The notes below the pieces were generated by a model. It had not been told where the DNA came from. It saw nothing but the letters and a program-made list of their open reading frames with translations, and ran no database searches. Of a DNA stretch of 64,000 nucleotides, positions 29,300 to 42,799 are shown piece after piece. The DNA comes from Camelus dromedarius (taxonomy: Eukaryota), in NCBI RefSeq assembly GCF_036321535.1, contig NC_087437.1, positions 52,020,001-52,084,000 of the forward strand, read 5' to 3'. The position numbers and the translations under genes are program-made. The first letter of the stretch is position 1; each line of letters opens with the position of its first letter.

Positions 29300-30170
29300 T
29301 CAGCTCATCCAGGACAGAACCTGGTCTTCCTTCGCAGTCTCCTGCATTCTCCCTCTTTGATCATGGCATCATTCTCCTCCCTGCCTGTCAGGCTCAAGAT
29401 CTGCCATTTCTCATGCTTCCTTTAGCCACATGTTTCCACACATGTGAATACCTGTCCTTTCTCCTCTCTCTCTGCAGTGTCTTTTGTACCTGTTCCCGCT
29501 TCCCTTTTTCTTTTATTATCACTGCCCTTGTTCTGAAGCCCTCTGTCTCCCCCTTGGACCCCTGCAGTCACATGTATCTTGGTCTCTCTACCTTTTGTTT
29601 CTTGGTTTTGTTATTTTATCCTAAACACTGCTGATGGGGTAATTTTCCTAAGCACAGTACTGATCACGAGCACCTCTCCTGGTTGCACCCCAGTTTTCTA
29701 TGAAATAAAGTCTAGATTCCTTAGAATGACACTGGAGGCCTAATCTTTTCTTTCGATCTCATTTCTCCTTCCTCCTCTCACATGCTGCATTCTAAAGAAA
29801 TACATAGTTTCTCCAAACAGGCTTGTATTTTCCTGTGTCATGCTTTTGCTCACATTCTTCTCTCTACCTGGACGGCTCTTCTCCTGACATTTGCCCCTGG
29901 CACAGGTTCCACGTGGGCTTTAAAGCTTAGCTTAAAAGCTGTTTTTCTCATTGCTTTTCAAATTCCCTCTCTAACCAGTGGAACTAAATTCTCCCCACTG
30001 TGCTTCTGTAGTCATTTGTTCCTTTGTAATTGTGCTGATCACATTATGCTTTTTATGTAATATTTGTTTACCTGTCTCACCTTGCTTTCTGGTTCAGAAT
30101 TCCCTACAAGGCCTCTACCACAGTGTCTTACTCATAGCAGTAGGTGCTCAGGAGCTGAGAGGGCACTTAA
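29300..30170. mobile_element. L2 LINE relic
   Basis: Pyrimidine-rich L2 3' motifs ending ...cagtaggtgctcag; approximate. Confidence 0.55.
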
Positions 30171-30741
30171 ATCAGAGGAGTGATTATGACTTGATAACTG
30201 TCTGTGTTTGTAAAAAGCCTTTTATTTGAAACCAGGAAACTGCTTATAGACAAGGCAGAAATCATTCACTTCATTGGTTCAAGGGCCAGCTGACTTCTTT
30301 CCTGAGATATCTTCCCTCTCAAGTTATCCTACTTTCAAACCCCAAAGCAAATTCCCTTCTTTCTGTGTTGGTGGACAAATTTTAGTAGGGTTACTTTAAT
30401 TTAATTTAAATTAATTTTAGGTTCTGTTTTAAGAATTCCAGAGGGAAATATGATTAATATTTCTTTGAAATCCACCTTTATCTAACAATTCAGTTTTTAT
30501 CCAGGTTATACCTAGAAATATGCCAAAAGTGACTAAAACGTTTTCCGTTCCAAGTGTGCAAGTAGTTGTGTTCCTTCTCTAAATGACACTGATCTCAACT
30601 GTTACACAGTCAATAAAAGAATCTTTTTGTGAGTCTTTAAGTAATGAGGTTCCCCCCACCTCTCTCTTCTAATTGTGTTTTTTTGTGTGTGTCAAAGCAG
30701 ATGGTATATTGAATAAATAAATGATCTCTTTTGCTCATCAG

Positions 30742-30861
30742 GTTATGGTGGAGAATTCAGATTTTACTCCCTCACAAGTAGGGTGTCTCTTTACCTTCCT
30801 TGCCCGGCAGCTTGCAAAGCCTGACAACACCTTGTTTGTTAACAGAACCCTTTTTGATCAG
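30742..30861 (+). CDS. VPS8: VPS8 exon 7: VMVENSDFTPSQVGCLFTFLARQLAKPDNTLFVNRTLFDQ
   Basis: ctcatcag|GTT...CAG|gtgagt; 120 nt, phase 0/0. Confidence 0.95.
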
Positions 30862-31369
30862 GTGAGTGTCTTTAATCATAAGAGCAAGAATTGTTTTTAT
30901 TCACTGTTCATAGAAAAAATCACTCGATTACACAGTTTCTTAATATAATAACCTATTGGGTAAATGCCATATCAGGTAGAAACCTGTTCAGGTTTCAGTT
31001 TGAATCTAAATTGAGTCCAAATTGAATCTAAATTGTTGTGTGTGTGTTTTTTTTTAATGTTGTGTCTGGGTAGTATAATTTTGCCTTGTAACTTGGTATC
31101 ATGGGAGTATGGTTTGTGGAGATTGGTTTATAGAGATTCTGTTCTCTCTATTACTCTGTTGCTCTAAATTGTCTAGAATTCTTTGCTCAAGAATTTTCCA
31201 ATTTAAGAGTCACCCATCTCACTGGTAGTAAGACTGTGATGTTGATCATCTGGAGGAGAGATTACTTTGAGGAAATGACTTTGAAGGTATCTCCTAATCC
31301 CAGTTAAGTACCTCCTATGTATCCACAGAAAGAAAACACTTTTTATCTGGAGAAAGTTGCATATAATGA

Positions 31370-31630
31370 CCAACATTTATTGAGCACTTCATAGTGCCAC
31401 GCTCTGTTCCACATTACATGTGTATATATTAACGCAGTGCTCCCAGCAGCTCTGAAATTGGAATAGTTGTTACCTCCATTTTGTAGATGAGGAAACTAAA
31501 GCCCAGAGATGTTCAGTCACTCATCCAGGGCATGCTTAATAAGTGTTATTATTAGCAATAAATGTGGTTATTAAGCATTAATAAGGTTAGGACTCAAGTT
31601 CAAGTGGCCTGACTCCAAAGTCTATGCTTT
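31370..31630 (-). mobile_element. MIR SINE
   Basis: aacatttattgagcactt...ccattttgtagatgaggaaactaaagcccagaga MIR core. Confidence 0.75.
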
Positions 31631-31913
31631 GCTTGGTCCGTGGTGTCAGGAATCTGCAAGTCAAGGTACATAGATGATGCTTTCTTCTAGTCGGGTTTCT
31701 AAAGAATGAAGAAGTGTGTGTAAGGTGCGTGTTACATCGTTAGCCTACCTGAGCCTGCTGTGCCATGTACTGGGCCACTCAGATGTGGTGTGTGTTGTAG
31801 CCGAGTGGGAATGAGTTGGTGATATAAAGAGGGTCGTTACTGTTTTGTCACACTGTGACAGCGGTGTGGCGTGCAAGCTGGTATCTAATAAAAAATACCT
31901 TTTCTTTGACCAG

Positions 31914-31970
31914 GTCCTCGAATTCCTCTGTAGTCCTGACGATGACTCCCGACACTCTGAAAGACAGCAG
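31914..31970 (+). CDS. VPS8: VPS8 exon 8: VLEFLCSPDDDSRHSERQQ
   Basis: tttgaccag|GTC...CAG|gtatga; 57 nt, phase 0/0. Confidence 0.95.
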
Positions 31971-33459
31971 GTATGAACTGCTAGAACTCTCTTTGCTAGA
32001 GAATGAGAAAGAAGAGAGGCTAATCTAGAAAGAACCCTTCAGTACTAAACCTCATGAGGCGTAAGAGGGAAATGACTTATGCCAGACCCTAATACTAAGC
32101 TAGACAGTGGCAACAAGGAAATAGTGTGGGTGGTGGTTAGTTTAAGCCTATATGAAGCTAAATTCCCAGGCAGACGGGGACCTGTCTTGCATTCAACATG
32201 ACATCACAGAGAATATGTCCTCTGTCCTTCTCTGTTATGTAGCACCAGTCAGTACCTGTTGTGTCCTGCTTTCCACCAGATTCATTAATCTGGTCACCAG
32301 TCCTAGCTATTGTGGCCGTGAACCAGAGAGTCTTCAGGATCCTGAGTTTTGGGACACTCAGTTTTGGGGCGTGCTCTGTAGTCCCACTGCACTAGGGCTG
32401 GCCATTTCTGGAGGCTGGCGTCCATCTGTCCCTTCACTCATCACTGTGAGAAAGAAACTGTTTGATTACCACTTCTTTCTACTTATCCTTGAGGGTCCTT
32501 TCAGGGGGTAGGATTTCTTAAAAGCTTACCCACTGTAATTGTGAGCACTAAGAGAGCCAGTCTTTTAAAACTTGATAGCCAGACTTTGTCAGACAAGTAA
32601 GCTACAAAAATTAAGTTATTTTGAGAGCTATGCTAATTCTATATGGTAATAATGCCTGGCTGGGAGAATGAAACTCAGATAAAGAACGTAGAATAGCAAC
32701 AGTGAGCCCTTTCTCTGCACAGCTGTGGCTCCGTGACTGCTGCAGACTATCTTAGGGAAGAGAACAGCTGCTAAAATTTTGATTGTCTCGTAAATTATAT
32801 TGAATGCATGTAGTAACATGGATGCCTCATTTTGCCCTTATTTTTCTGTTGGCAGGAAAAATGAAACATGTGATGCATGGTGTTGCTATTAAAATGATAA
32901 AAACTTTTTATGTAAATAGCTGAATAAAACAGAAATAAAAACCAAGCATAAGTGTAGATGCCAAACCTTTAAAAGTAATCATAGTATAGTAATATTCTGT
33001 TATTGGCAATCCTCTTTGGGATTATGTGGGTTTTTTCCCCACACTAATTTTAGAATATAGAAAGAAAACCGACGCAGTAAATTGCTCAAAGTCACAACTA
33101 AGATTAGAGGCCAAATCCTTCCCTTCTAATCCAGCACTCTTTCTCTTGAACTGTTTGTTATGTATCAGAATTTATTTATGCAGTATATTTGAGTATTTTC
33201 CAGTGATTTGCTAATAAAAGTTTAACAACTGGTTAGTTCTGACGTGAATGTTGGTTGATGTGTTCATTTCTGTAAGTGAACAAGATGAAAGTGCAGTTCA
33301 CTCATTCATCAGTGATGTGACTTCTCTGCTGAATTGCATAACAGCTTTTGAATACTGGAAAAATAATTCCTTAACTTTTTTGTACTATTTACAAAATAAT
33401 GATTCTGACATGCACACTTTCAACTTTGACTGTCATATTAGCTCTGTCACTTTCTTAAC

Positions 33460-33965
33460 CAGGAATTGGCACACCTTTTCCGTAAAGGGCCAGAGAGTAA
33501 ATATTTTAGGCTATATGGGCCACATATGGTCTCTGTCACATACTCTTCTTTGTTTGTTTGTTTGTTTTACAACCCTTTAAAAATGTGACAAGCCCTGATT
33601 TACAGCATTTGCCAGTTTCCACGGTGTAAGTACTCCCACCACAGCTGATTTTGATCTACCAGTGGATGTCACACTGAACGTGGAGTTGGGAAGAGATGTG
33701 CATCACTGCCCCTGACATAGTGTTTCCAGAACACAGATACAGCTGCAGTAACTGACCTCGAGAGCATACACAGTCAAATGCAGTAAAATAATTAGGAAGT
33801 AGTGAGTTTGGGTATTAATTACCTTTGTTTTTAACTTAACTTATTTTTGTAAGTTTATATAATTCAGTTTTTAACACTGCCTGCATATAACAGCTGGCGT
33901 ACAACATTCCTGAAAAGGCAACGACCAGCTCCAGTAAGTTGGTTAAGACAGCTTCAGCAATGGCA
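33460..33965. mobile_element. hAT relics: MER58-like 5' part followed by MER63-like segment
   Basis: ttccgtaaagggccagagagtaaatattttaggc (MER58-like); gccctgatttacagcatttgccagtttccacggtgtaa (MER63-like). Confidence 0.6.
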
Positions 33966-34139
33966 TTTGAATAGGCTTCCAGCATATGGGTTCACTCCAT
34001 CATTGTTCTCTACAACAGTACATTATAATACTCAAAATGAATTAAGTTAGGGTTCTGAAGTGTAAAGTTTGGTTAGGTTTTATTTCTTCTATGCCTTTAA
34101 AAAAAATTTCAACTTGAAAGTAATCAATTTTCTGTGTTT

Positions 34140-34450
34140 ACTCCCTGGTTACCCACTTCCCAGCCCCCTGACAACTATCATTAAACTTTCTGTCTCTTTG
34201 AATTTGACTATTTTAGGTTCCTCATATAAGTGGACTGATACAGTATTTGTTCTTTGCTGACTTGTTTATTTCACTTAGCATAATGTTTTTAAGCTTTATC
34301 CATATGTAGATAAACCTTAATTTCATTCCTTTTTAAGTATGAATAATACTCAATTATATTTATATACCATATTTTATTTATCCATTTATCCATTGATGGA
34401 CATTAGGGTTGTTTCCACCTTTTGGCTCTTGTGAATAATGCTGTAGTATG
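34140..34450 (-). mobile_element. L1 3' fragment (L1MB-like)
   Basis: cccagccccctgacaac...catttatccattgatggacattagggttgtttccacc. Confidence 0.7.
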
Positions 34451-34878
34451 AGAAACTCCACATTTAAACATGAAAAATTAAACATGAACATGGATACTGC
34501 CTATGGGCCACAGATTTTGAAGAACCATAAGCCATAAAAACACTAGACAAAAATTCGTTTCTTGAAAGAATACATATGGACATTTTTAGCTTAGTGGAGG
34601 GTCAGTTAGATATTCTAATAAGGCTTTATTGCAAACTCTGTGGCATTCCTTCCATGTTTGAAAAATAGAGCTATTTATCTTTTTATTAGACTTAAGTACA
34701 ATATGATCAACGTTATAATGGCAGTCTAATCCCTTGTATACATGAAAGCCAAACTGAAAAATCAGCGAATAGTAAGACAAAAGAAAAAAAGATATGGTTT
34801 GTGTGGCTGCATGGATTCTTAAAGCGCTAGTAAATAAAAGTACTACAGTGTTCTTACTCATTTATTTTAAATGTTCAG

Positions 34879-34961
34879 GTCCTTTTAGAGTTGCTGCAGG
34901 CTGGAGGCATAGTTCAGTTTGAAGAGAGTCGGCTCATCCGTATGGCAGAAAAAGCAGAGTT
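34879..34961 (+). CDS. VPS8: VPS8 exon 9: VLLELLQAGGIVQFEESRLIRMAEKAE(F)
   Basis: tgttcag|GTC...TT|gtaagt; 83 nt, phase 0/2. Confidence 0.95.
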
Positions 34962-35709
34962 GTAAGTTGTTTTGAAGCCTTATATTAATTCCCAGAGAAC
35001 TATTAAATTGCATTTCTCTAACTTGAAGCCCAGTTTATTGATGCATTGCCATTTTTTAATTAAGAAAAGCTATGCATATAACAATAACCTAAGTGCAAAA
35101 GTTTTTGCCTTTTAAGTCTAGAAATTAGTCAAATTTGCAGAAATTAACAGCGAGTAAGTTTGAAGTGCTTGTGCATTTGTTTTAGTATGAAAATAGAATA
35201 GTACTCTTATGATTTATTACTTTAGTTTTTTTACTTAGAATTTCCATAGTATTTCATAGGTTTTTGACAGATTTTTGACAGTTATATATATTATAAATAA
35301 AGCAGAATTTAGCATAGCAAGTAAGATGCAATAGGTTAGCACTACTGTTTGTCTAGTTTATTGACTATTTCATTTGACATGTTTAATTCTGAACAAGGAA
35401 GCTTCATATAATCGATTAGTTGATATCTAATATATTAAGTATTTTTATGTGACACATTGTTGCTTTAACACTTATTTTGTACCCAGCTTTGAAATTTTTT
35501 ACATAGTATTCAGCAGCACCTTAAACCTATATTTAAAAGAATGGCAGATACTCATCTCCCTTAGATACTGTAACTTCATTTAACAGTAGAAATCACTTCT
35601 ACTGTATTTATTTTTCCTTAATATTAACCTCTTTGCCTGAGCAAATATCTTTTAAGCTAATAACCACCTGTCTGTCTGGTACACTGAAGTTTTTCCTTTT
35701 ATGTTCTAG

Positions 35710-35794
35710 CTATCAAATTTGTGAATTTATGTATGAACGAGAACACCAATATGACAAAATTATCGATTGCTACCTACGTGACCCACTAAGAGAG
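35710..35794 (+). CDS. VPS8: VPS8 exon 10: (F)YQICEFMYEREHQYDKIIDCYLRDPLRE
   Basis: gttctag|C...GAG|gtgcgt; 85 nt, phase 2/0. Confidence 0.95.
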
Positions 35795-35929
35795 GTGCGT
35801 TAATAAGAGCTTTAGCCTTTTTCCTTACTCAGTTTCCTCCCCTCCCCTTATCAAGTAAAAATAACTATTCAGTGGGTATAACTCTTCAGTAGAAATATTT
35901 GGATGTGTGTTTGCTGAGCCAAGGTTTTC

Positions 35930-36430
35930 TTCATTTATTTAACAGGTTTGTATTGAGTGCCTGCTATTAGCCAAGTATATATTGATAAATAAAACAGACA
36001 TTTAGTTCGTGAAATTATAGAACTTATAGTATAGTGATGGAGACTGACAGTAAGAAAATCAAATATATAATTACAAATTATGATGAATGCTAGAGAAACT
36101 GGGTGCAACTTTAGAGGACAGTGGGGTAACTGATTTATACAGAGCAGCCAGGGAAGGAATCTCAGATAAAAATAACATATAAACTGGATTTTGGAATTTG
36201 AGAAGAAGCCATTCAAGGAAAGAGCTAATGGAAAAATTTTCCAGTATTGGGAACAGTATATGCAAGTTCCTGAGATGAGAAAATTTTTTCCCACATTCAA
36301 GGAACTGAATAGAGATCATATAAATGAAGCAATGGTCAGTATAAGTGGAGCGTAATAGACTAAGGCAGGAGGAACTTGAGATTAAATTTGGAACCTGAGC
36401 AGGGACCGTCAAAGACAAAAAGTATGATAT
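35930..36430. mobile_element. L2 LINE relic
   Basis: tcatttatttaacag...ttgagtgcctgctat L2 terminal motif. Confidence 0.55.
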
Positions 36431-36679
36431 TCACTCATGAAGTTAATAAAATTGAGACTAAAATTAATCAGTACAGATTTGCAACTTCTGCAAATCTACT
36501 CTAACTTTTAAACAATTACTCTTTCTCTTTAGAGTTAGTCTTCTGTCAGTTAACTTTCCGCAAATGTTTTCCATCTCTAAATAATAGATATTGTACCAAG
36601 ACTGGTACAGATAGTAGATGGTGACTAAATATTGCTGGAGGGAATGAATGAACGAATGATATTGCCTTGTGCTCTTCAG

Positions 36680-36778
36680 GAAGAAGTCTTTAACTACATT
36701 CACAATATCTTATCCATCCCTGGACACAGTGCAGAGGAGAAGCAGTCTGTATGGCAGAAAGCAATGGACCATATTGAG
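36680..36778 (+). CDS. VPS8: VPS8 exon 11: EEVFNYIHNILSIPGHSAEEKQSVWQKAMDHIE
   Basis: ctcttcag|GAA...GAG|gtactt; 99 nt, phase 0/0. Confidence 0.95.
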
Positions 36779-39145
36779 GTACTTATTCAACAAAGCTTTT
36801 AAAACTTTCATTTGTACAGATATCTCCCAAATTGTTTTTTGCTAATTAAGCTATGACAGATGTCATTAAATTGATTTGCTTTAGGATTAACATCTTTTTT
36901 CAAATAATTTATTCCACCTCATGTTTATATTCGTAAAGCGTATGTCATATACAATTTATTATATTGTGATTTCTGAAAATAACCCATGTTCAGTCAGCTG
37001 AGTGACAAACTAGAATACTAGTGGATTTTTACAATGTTGTTAGAATGATTCTGAGAGTACTCCTGATCTTTTTCTCTGATACATGATGGGAGCCATTCCC
37101 CCATCACCTGATGGAATTCTAGAAATGTTACTGCAATGAGTTGTTCTCTCTGAGGTACTTCCCTTCCTTATGTTATTGGATGATGATTCTGGTTTTGTTT
37201 ATGCATGCTGTTTTACAAGAATGCAAGGGTTGACTTGAAACAAAAAGTTCTTTTTAAAAAATATGCTCTTAGATGCCTTCATGGAAAGACTAATATGTAT
37301 GTGATGAGCATGTGATCATTCTAAAAAGGGGCCCCCAAATCACTCCTCACTTTAGTTTCATTAGGTTTATAACATAAAATATTCCTCAGAAATCAACAGA
37401 GCTAGAGATTTGTTGAAATCTGTTCTCTTTTATGGGTCACTGATTATTGAAAAAAAGTAGTAATGAAAGATGCTAAGGTAATTCTAGTTTTGGAAATAAC
37501 ATTTATATCTACAAAGTTTCCTCCTCCTCGTACCAAGGATCAGGAGGTGAGGTAGCTTCTGGTGATTGGTTTAGAGCTGTAGTGAAAGATAGGATTATTC
37601 AACATGTTTTAAATTTTTTTTACATGTGAAACACTGTAAGAAAGGATGAGCTCTGAAACTTTGAGAAAGCATTTCATCTAATGTGAATACTTACCTCTAG
37701 GTCCCAGTGATTGTAAAGTTTATAAAAATCAGAAATATGAACAGCGTCTTATGTGAAACATCTGGTGTGAAAGGTGGCACAGTCCGTCATCAGATGTGCA
37801 AGCTGAAGTAATGTCCACACTTTCATCTACAGGATTGAAAACACATATATGTTATTTAATCTTATCTTATTCCTGCTAACAATGTCAATATATCTTGGTG
37901 AAAGAACCCAAGAAAACTTTCTTCTATTTTGAATTATATCTTTTTTCCCCTTTAATCATTTTGTATTGTTTTCCCTTTCATCATTCCCTTTAAGTCTCCA
38001 TAGTTACATTATGGCTCATTCTTCATTTTACTTCATCTGCATTATGCAGTGGTTTGAGCACATTGACTCCAGACATCCAAATATAAAGCTATATCTCTCT
38101 GCAGAATGTGAAGCATGGTGAATTAATCAATGAGCAAACAAGTTACTCAGCAGGAAACTCATACTGGAGAAGCAAGAAATATTTTTGCTGCACAACAGTA
38201 ATTTTTGCTGACTGTATTTCCCCACATCTGCACGTATTTTCACCTTGAGCTTTTTAATACCTCGTAAAGCCACAATAGAAATCTATAGACTTTGTGTTGA
38301 AGGACTTCTGTGGCTTTAGTAATGTAAATAAAATCAACATTAAATATGTGGGGGAAATGTCCTCATAATGAAGTTTTAGATCGTATACAAAGTGTATAGA
38401 TTAGTGGTTCTTAACACGTTGGGGGCTATAGACCTCTTTTGAGAATCTAAGGAAACATTAGGGCCTGCGCTTCATAATATTGTGCATAGACTCAGATGCA
38501 TAATTTTGTTTACAAATACAGGGATTCACAGACACCTTAAAAGCCATCCTTAGAATTCTGGTAGAGAATCTCTAGTTTAGATGGTTTTTCCAATATGGAT
38601 AACACATGTTTCATTAGATTTTTTAAAATATTTCTTACTTTGAAATATAAAAAACCTCCAAAAAGTGCATAAAACTGAAGTACAGTTTAGTAAAAAATTA
38701 AAAAGCCAACATCCCAGGAATAGAGTTATCTTTAGATACCCCGGACTGTATCCCACATGTCCTTTCCGGATCATAATTCTCTGCCTCCCCTAATACATTC
38801 ATAATCCTAGTTCTTCTGATAATTTTTTGCCCTTTTATACACTGTTATTGCACCTGCCTGTATCCCTAAAAATGTATTTTTTTATTTTGCCTGCTTCTGA
38901 ACTTTTTATAAGTTATACTCTGTATTTTTTTCTCAATATTTTGAGGAATTTGTACATTTTGTGGTATATAGCTGTGGTTCATTTTTATTGTTGTATAGTA
39001 TTAAATTTTACAAGTATATCACAGTGTCTGCATTCTGCTGTTAATGGGCATTGCAGTTGTTTCTAGTTTTGACTATTAAAAGTAGTATGTTCACGATCAT
39101 TCCTGTGTGTGCATCTTGAGCACAGTCACATGCGTTTCTCTAGGA

Positions 39146-39325
39146 CAGTGGTTCTCAATTTGATCCCTAGTCCAGCAATACAGCATCAGCTGAGAACCTG
39201 ATAGAAATGCAGTTTGCGTCTTCATCTCAGACCTTCTGAACCAGAAGCTCTGGGGGCAGGGCCCAGCAATATATTTTAACAAGCCTTCCTGGTGATTTTG
39301 ATGCATGTTAGCATTGGATAATCTT
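39146..39325. mobile_element. MER5A-like hAT relic
   Basis: cagtggttctcaa...cagcatcagctgagaac...gaaccagaagctctgggggcagggcccagcaat...ttttaacaagcc. Confidence 0.75.
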
Positions 39326-40145
39326 TGTGATTGTCTCAGTTAACTGGGATAAATACTTTAAACTTCACATGCCAGCATTGTGTGAGATTTTCTGTTAGCT
39401 CTGTATTCTTGCTAGACTTTAAAATTTTGTCAGTCTAGTGTATGTGTAATGATATTTCATTATGTTTTAAATTTACATATCCTTAATTACTAATGAGGTT
39501 GATAGCCTTTTTTATATGTGTTGGCTATTTAAATTTCCTTTCTGTGATGTGCTTGTTCAAGTCTTTTGCCCGTTTTTCTGTTGGAATGTCTCCTGTACTC
39601 CTTGATTTGTTGGAGTTCCTTATGTGTCCTGGATGTCTTTTTGTCAGTGATATATCTTGTAAATATCTTCTACTCTGTGGCTTTTTTCTATGGTTCTTTT
39701 TAAGAAAAGGTTTTTTTCTCAAGTAGTCAAAATAATTTGTTCTTTCCATATCTAAGAGAAGTCCTCCTATATTATTATCTAGAAGTTTTCTTTTTTTTTT
39801 TTTTCATCTTTAAATCTTAGATCCATCTGAAAGCAGTTTTTGTATATAGTTAGAGGCAGGGATCCAATTAATTTTTTAAAATATGGACACTTAGTTCTCC
39901 CAGCAACAGTTATTTTAAAAGGTTGCCCTGCCGCATTGCTCAGCAGTGCTATCTTATCATAAGTGTATCAAGGATCTATATGCTTGGTCTGTGTTTCTTG
40001 GCTCTCTTCTGTGTGATTAATCTTTGTCTCCACATTCAGTACCACACTATCCTAAATATTGTCACTTTACAATAAGTCTTGATATCTTTAAGAGAGTATT
40101 GGCTATCCTTGACCTTTGATACTTCCAAATATATTTTATTTTATT

Positions 40146-40150
<5 letters not shown>

Positions 40151-40188
<38 letters not shown>
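40151..40188. repeat. (TA)19 microsatellite in the tail of the composite L1 insertion
   Basis: Perfect TA run directly visible. Confidence 0.95.
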
Positions 40189-40197
<9 letters not shown>

Positions 40198-41833
40198 TTC
40201 TCTGAGTTATTGTGAAGTACTGCAATACTATAGATGTTTATTTACTAAAATTGTGCCAGTTTGTTCATTGGGAGCTCTTTCACTTAGCTCTTGTGACTTT
40301 CTCATGTGCCTCATCTTTTTATTGATGTTGTTTTTATTTTAGCATCACAAGGTGCTTCAGGGTTATCTTATCTATATGTTGCCTTGGCCCTAGAATCAGT
40401 CATTTCTCCAGAGAGGCCTAATTCCTTTTATTAGAGAATAGTATTTAAAATCTAAGACTGTACATTTATTATGATTATTGCTATTGATTGTCACCTTGTT
40501 ACCACTTTTGACCCTGTCAGTAAAAGGTGTTACAAAATATATGTATGTGTATATATATACATACATATGTGTGTATATATATATATGAGTTTATATATCT
40601 ACATATAAAACATATAGTTGCAGTCTATCCATCTATCTACCTATTTAACCCTATCTATTATCTATCAACCTGTCTCTTAATATGAGTTCATTCTGACATC
40701 TCCAACTCAAATTCAGTTACACAGCTTTCATTCTAGCCTTACAGTTTGCTTATTGTAACTACTTTTGGCATGAGAAACCTGACTCCCAATACCTATCTAT
40801 GTTTATATCCTTTTAAAATTATTTGTTCAACCTAGTATACACACATATTCAGAACTGCTGACTCGTATTAATGTGAGCAAAAAGTTTGTTAACTAGAGCA
40901 CAATTGTATGTATAGTTCTATTTTGACTTTATATTTAAAGTATTCATTAAAAACATGGCTCTTCAAAGTTACTTATATGGCTCTCTTTTTTTTTGGCCTA
41001 TTCTTTTTTTTTTTTTTACATTTTTTTTTTTATTGAGTAATAGTCATTTTACAATGTTGTGTCAAATTCCAGTGTAGAACACAATTTTTCAGTTATACAT
41101 GAACATATATATATTCATTGTCACATTTTTTTTTCCGCTATGAGTTACCACAGATCTTACATACATTTCCCTGTGCTATACAGTATAATCTTGTTTATCT
41201 ATTCTGCATTTTAAAATCCCAGTCTGTCCCTTCCCACTCCCTGCCCCCTCGGCAACCACAAGTTTGTATTCTATGTCTGTGAGTCTGTTTCTGTTTTGTA
41301 TTTATGGTTTTTTTTTTTTTTTTAGGTTACACATATGAGTAATCTCATATGGTATTTTTCTTTCTCTTTCTGGCTTACTTCACTTAGAGTGACATTCTCC
41401 AGGAACATCCATGTTGCTGCAAATGGCGTTATGTTGTCAGTTTTTGTGACTGAATAGTATTCCATCGTGTAAATATACCACACCTTCTTTATTCAGTCAT
41501 CTGTTGATGGACATTTAGGCTGTTTCCACGTCTTAGCTATTGTAAATAATGCTGCTATGAACATTGGGGTGCAGGTGTCATTTTGAAGTAGGGTTCCTTT
41601 TGGATATATGCCCAGGAATGGGATTCCTGGGTCATATGGTAAGTCTATTCCTAGTCTTTTGAGGGATCTCCATATTGTTTTCCACAAGAGCTTTCCTTCC
41701 TTCCCTCTCCCACTCTTAATGATTTAGTTGTCTTCTTTTACAATTTTGTGTTTATTCTTTTTGTAATTCATGGCAGTTATCTCCTTTCCAGTTATGAGTT
41801 TCTCATTTTTGTAGCATCCTGCTTCTTTTCTAT

Positions 41834-42718
41834 TTAGAGTAGACCTGTCAATATTTCTTTTAGCATAGGTTTAGTGTTGCTAAACTCTTTTAGTTTTTAC
41901 TTGTCTGTGAAGTTCTTTATCTCTCCTTCTATTCTAAAGGATAGCCTTGCTGGATAGAGTATCCTAGGCTGCATCTGTTTTTCATTCAGGACTTTGAATA
42001 TATCTTGCCACTCCCTTCTGACCTGTAGTGTTTGTGTAGAGAAATCAGCTGAAAGCCTTATGGGGGTTCCCTTGTAACTCACTCTTTGTTTTTCTCTTGC
42101 TGACTTTAGGATCATTTCTTTATCCTTGACTCTGGCCATCTTGATTATGATATGCCTTGGTGTGGGTCTGTTTGGGACCCTCTGAGCTTCCTGTACTTGG
42201 ATATCTGATTCCTTCTTTAGGTTTGGGAAGTTTTCAGTCATGATTTCTTCAAATACTTTTTCAATCCCCTGTGTTCTTTCTTCCCCTTCTGGAACCCCTA
42301 TTATGTACAGATTGGCATGCTTTATATTATCCCATAGGTCCCTTATATTGTTTTCATTGTTTTTTATTTGTTTTTCTCTCAGCTGTTCTGATTGGGTGCT
42401 TTCTGTTGTCCTGTCTTCTAGGTCACTTATTTGTTCCTCTGCATTATCTAGCCTGCTCTGTACAGCCTTTAGGTCAGCTCTCATCGCAGCAAATGAGTTT
42501 ACTAATTCTATTTGGTTCTTTATAGGTTCTATTTCATTTTTGACATATTTTATATCTCTAAACACTATTTCTTGTAGTTCCTTCAGTACTTTGATCACTC
42601 CTTTTTTGAAATCTTGATCTAGTAGGCCATCAATGTCTATTTCCTTGATCATGCTTTCAGGGGATTTCTCTTGATCTTTTAATTGGGAGTGGTTCCTCTG
42701 CTGCTTCATATTGCTCAT
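41834..42718 (-). pseudogene. L1 ORF1p (coiled coil, RRM, CTD) with one premature stop near the C-terminus
   Basis: 273-aa ORF with IIGVPEGEE, IMTENFPNL, PTPRHIIIKM, YKGTPIRLSADFS, RREWQDIFK, ILYPARLSF. After the TAA at 41897-41899 the frame continues KLKEFSNTKPMLKEILTGLL* to 41834. Confidence 0.93.
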
Positions 42719-42799
42719 ATCTCTCTGGCACTGTGGCTTAAGGAGTATCAGTCATCTAGTTCTCCTGGAGATGGGTGTGCTCTTAATGATTTTATCGAG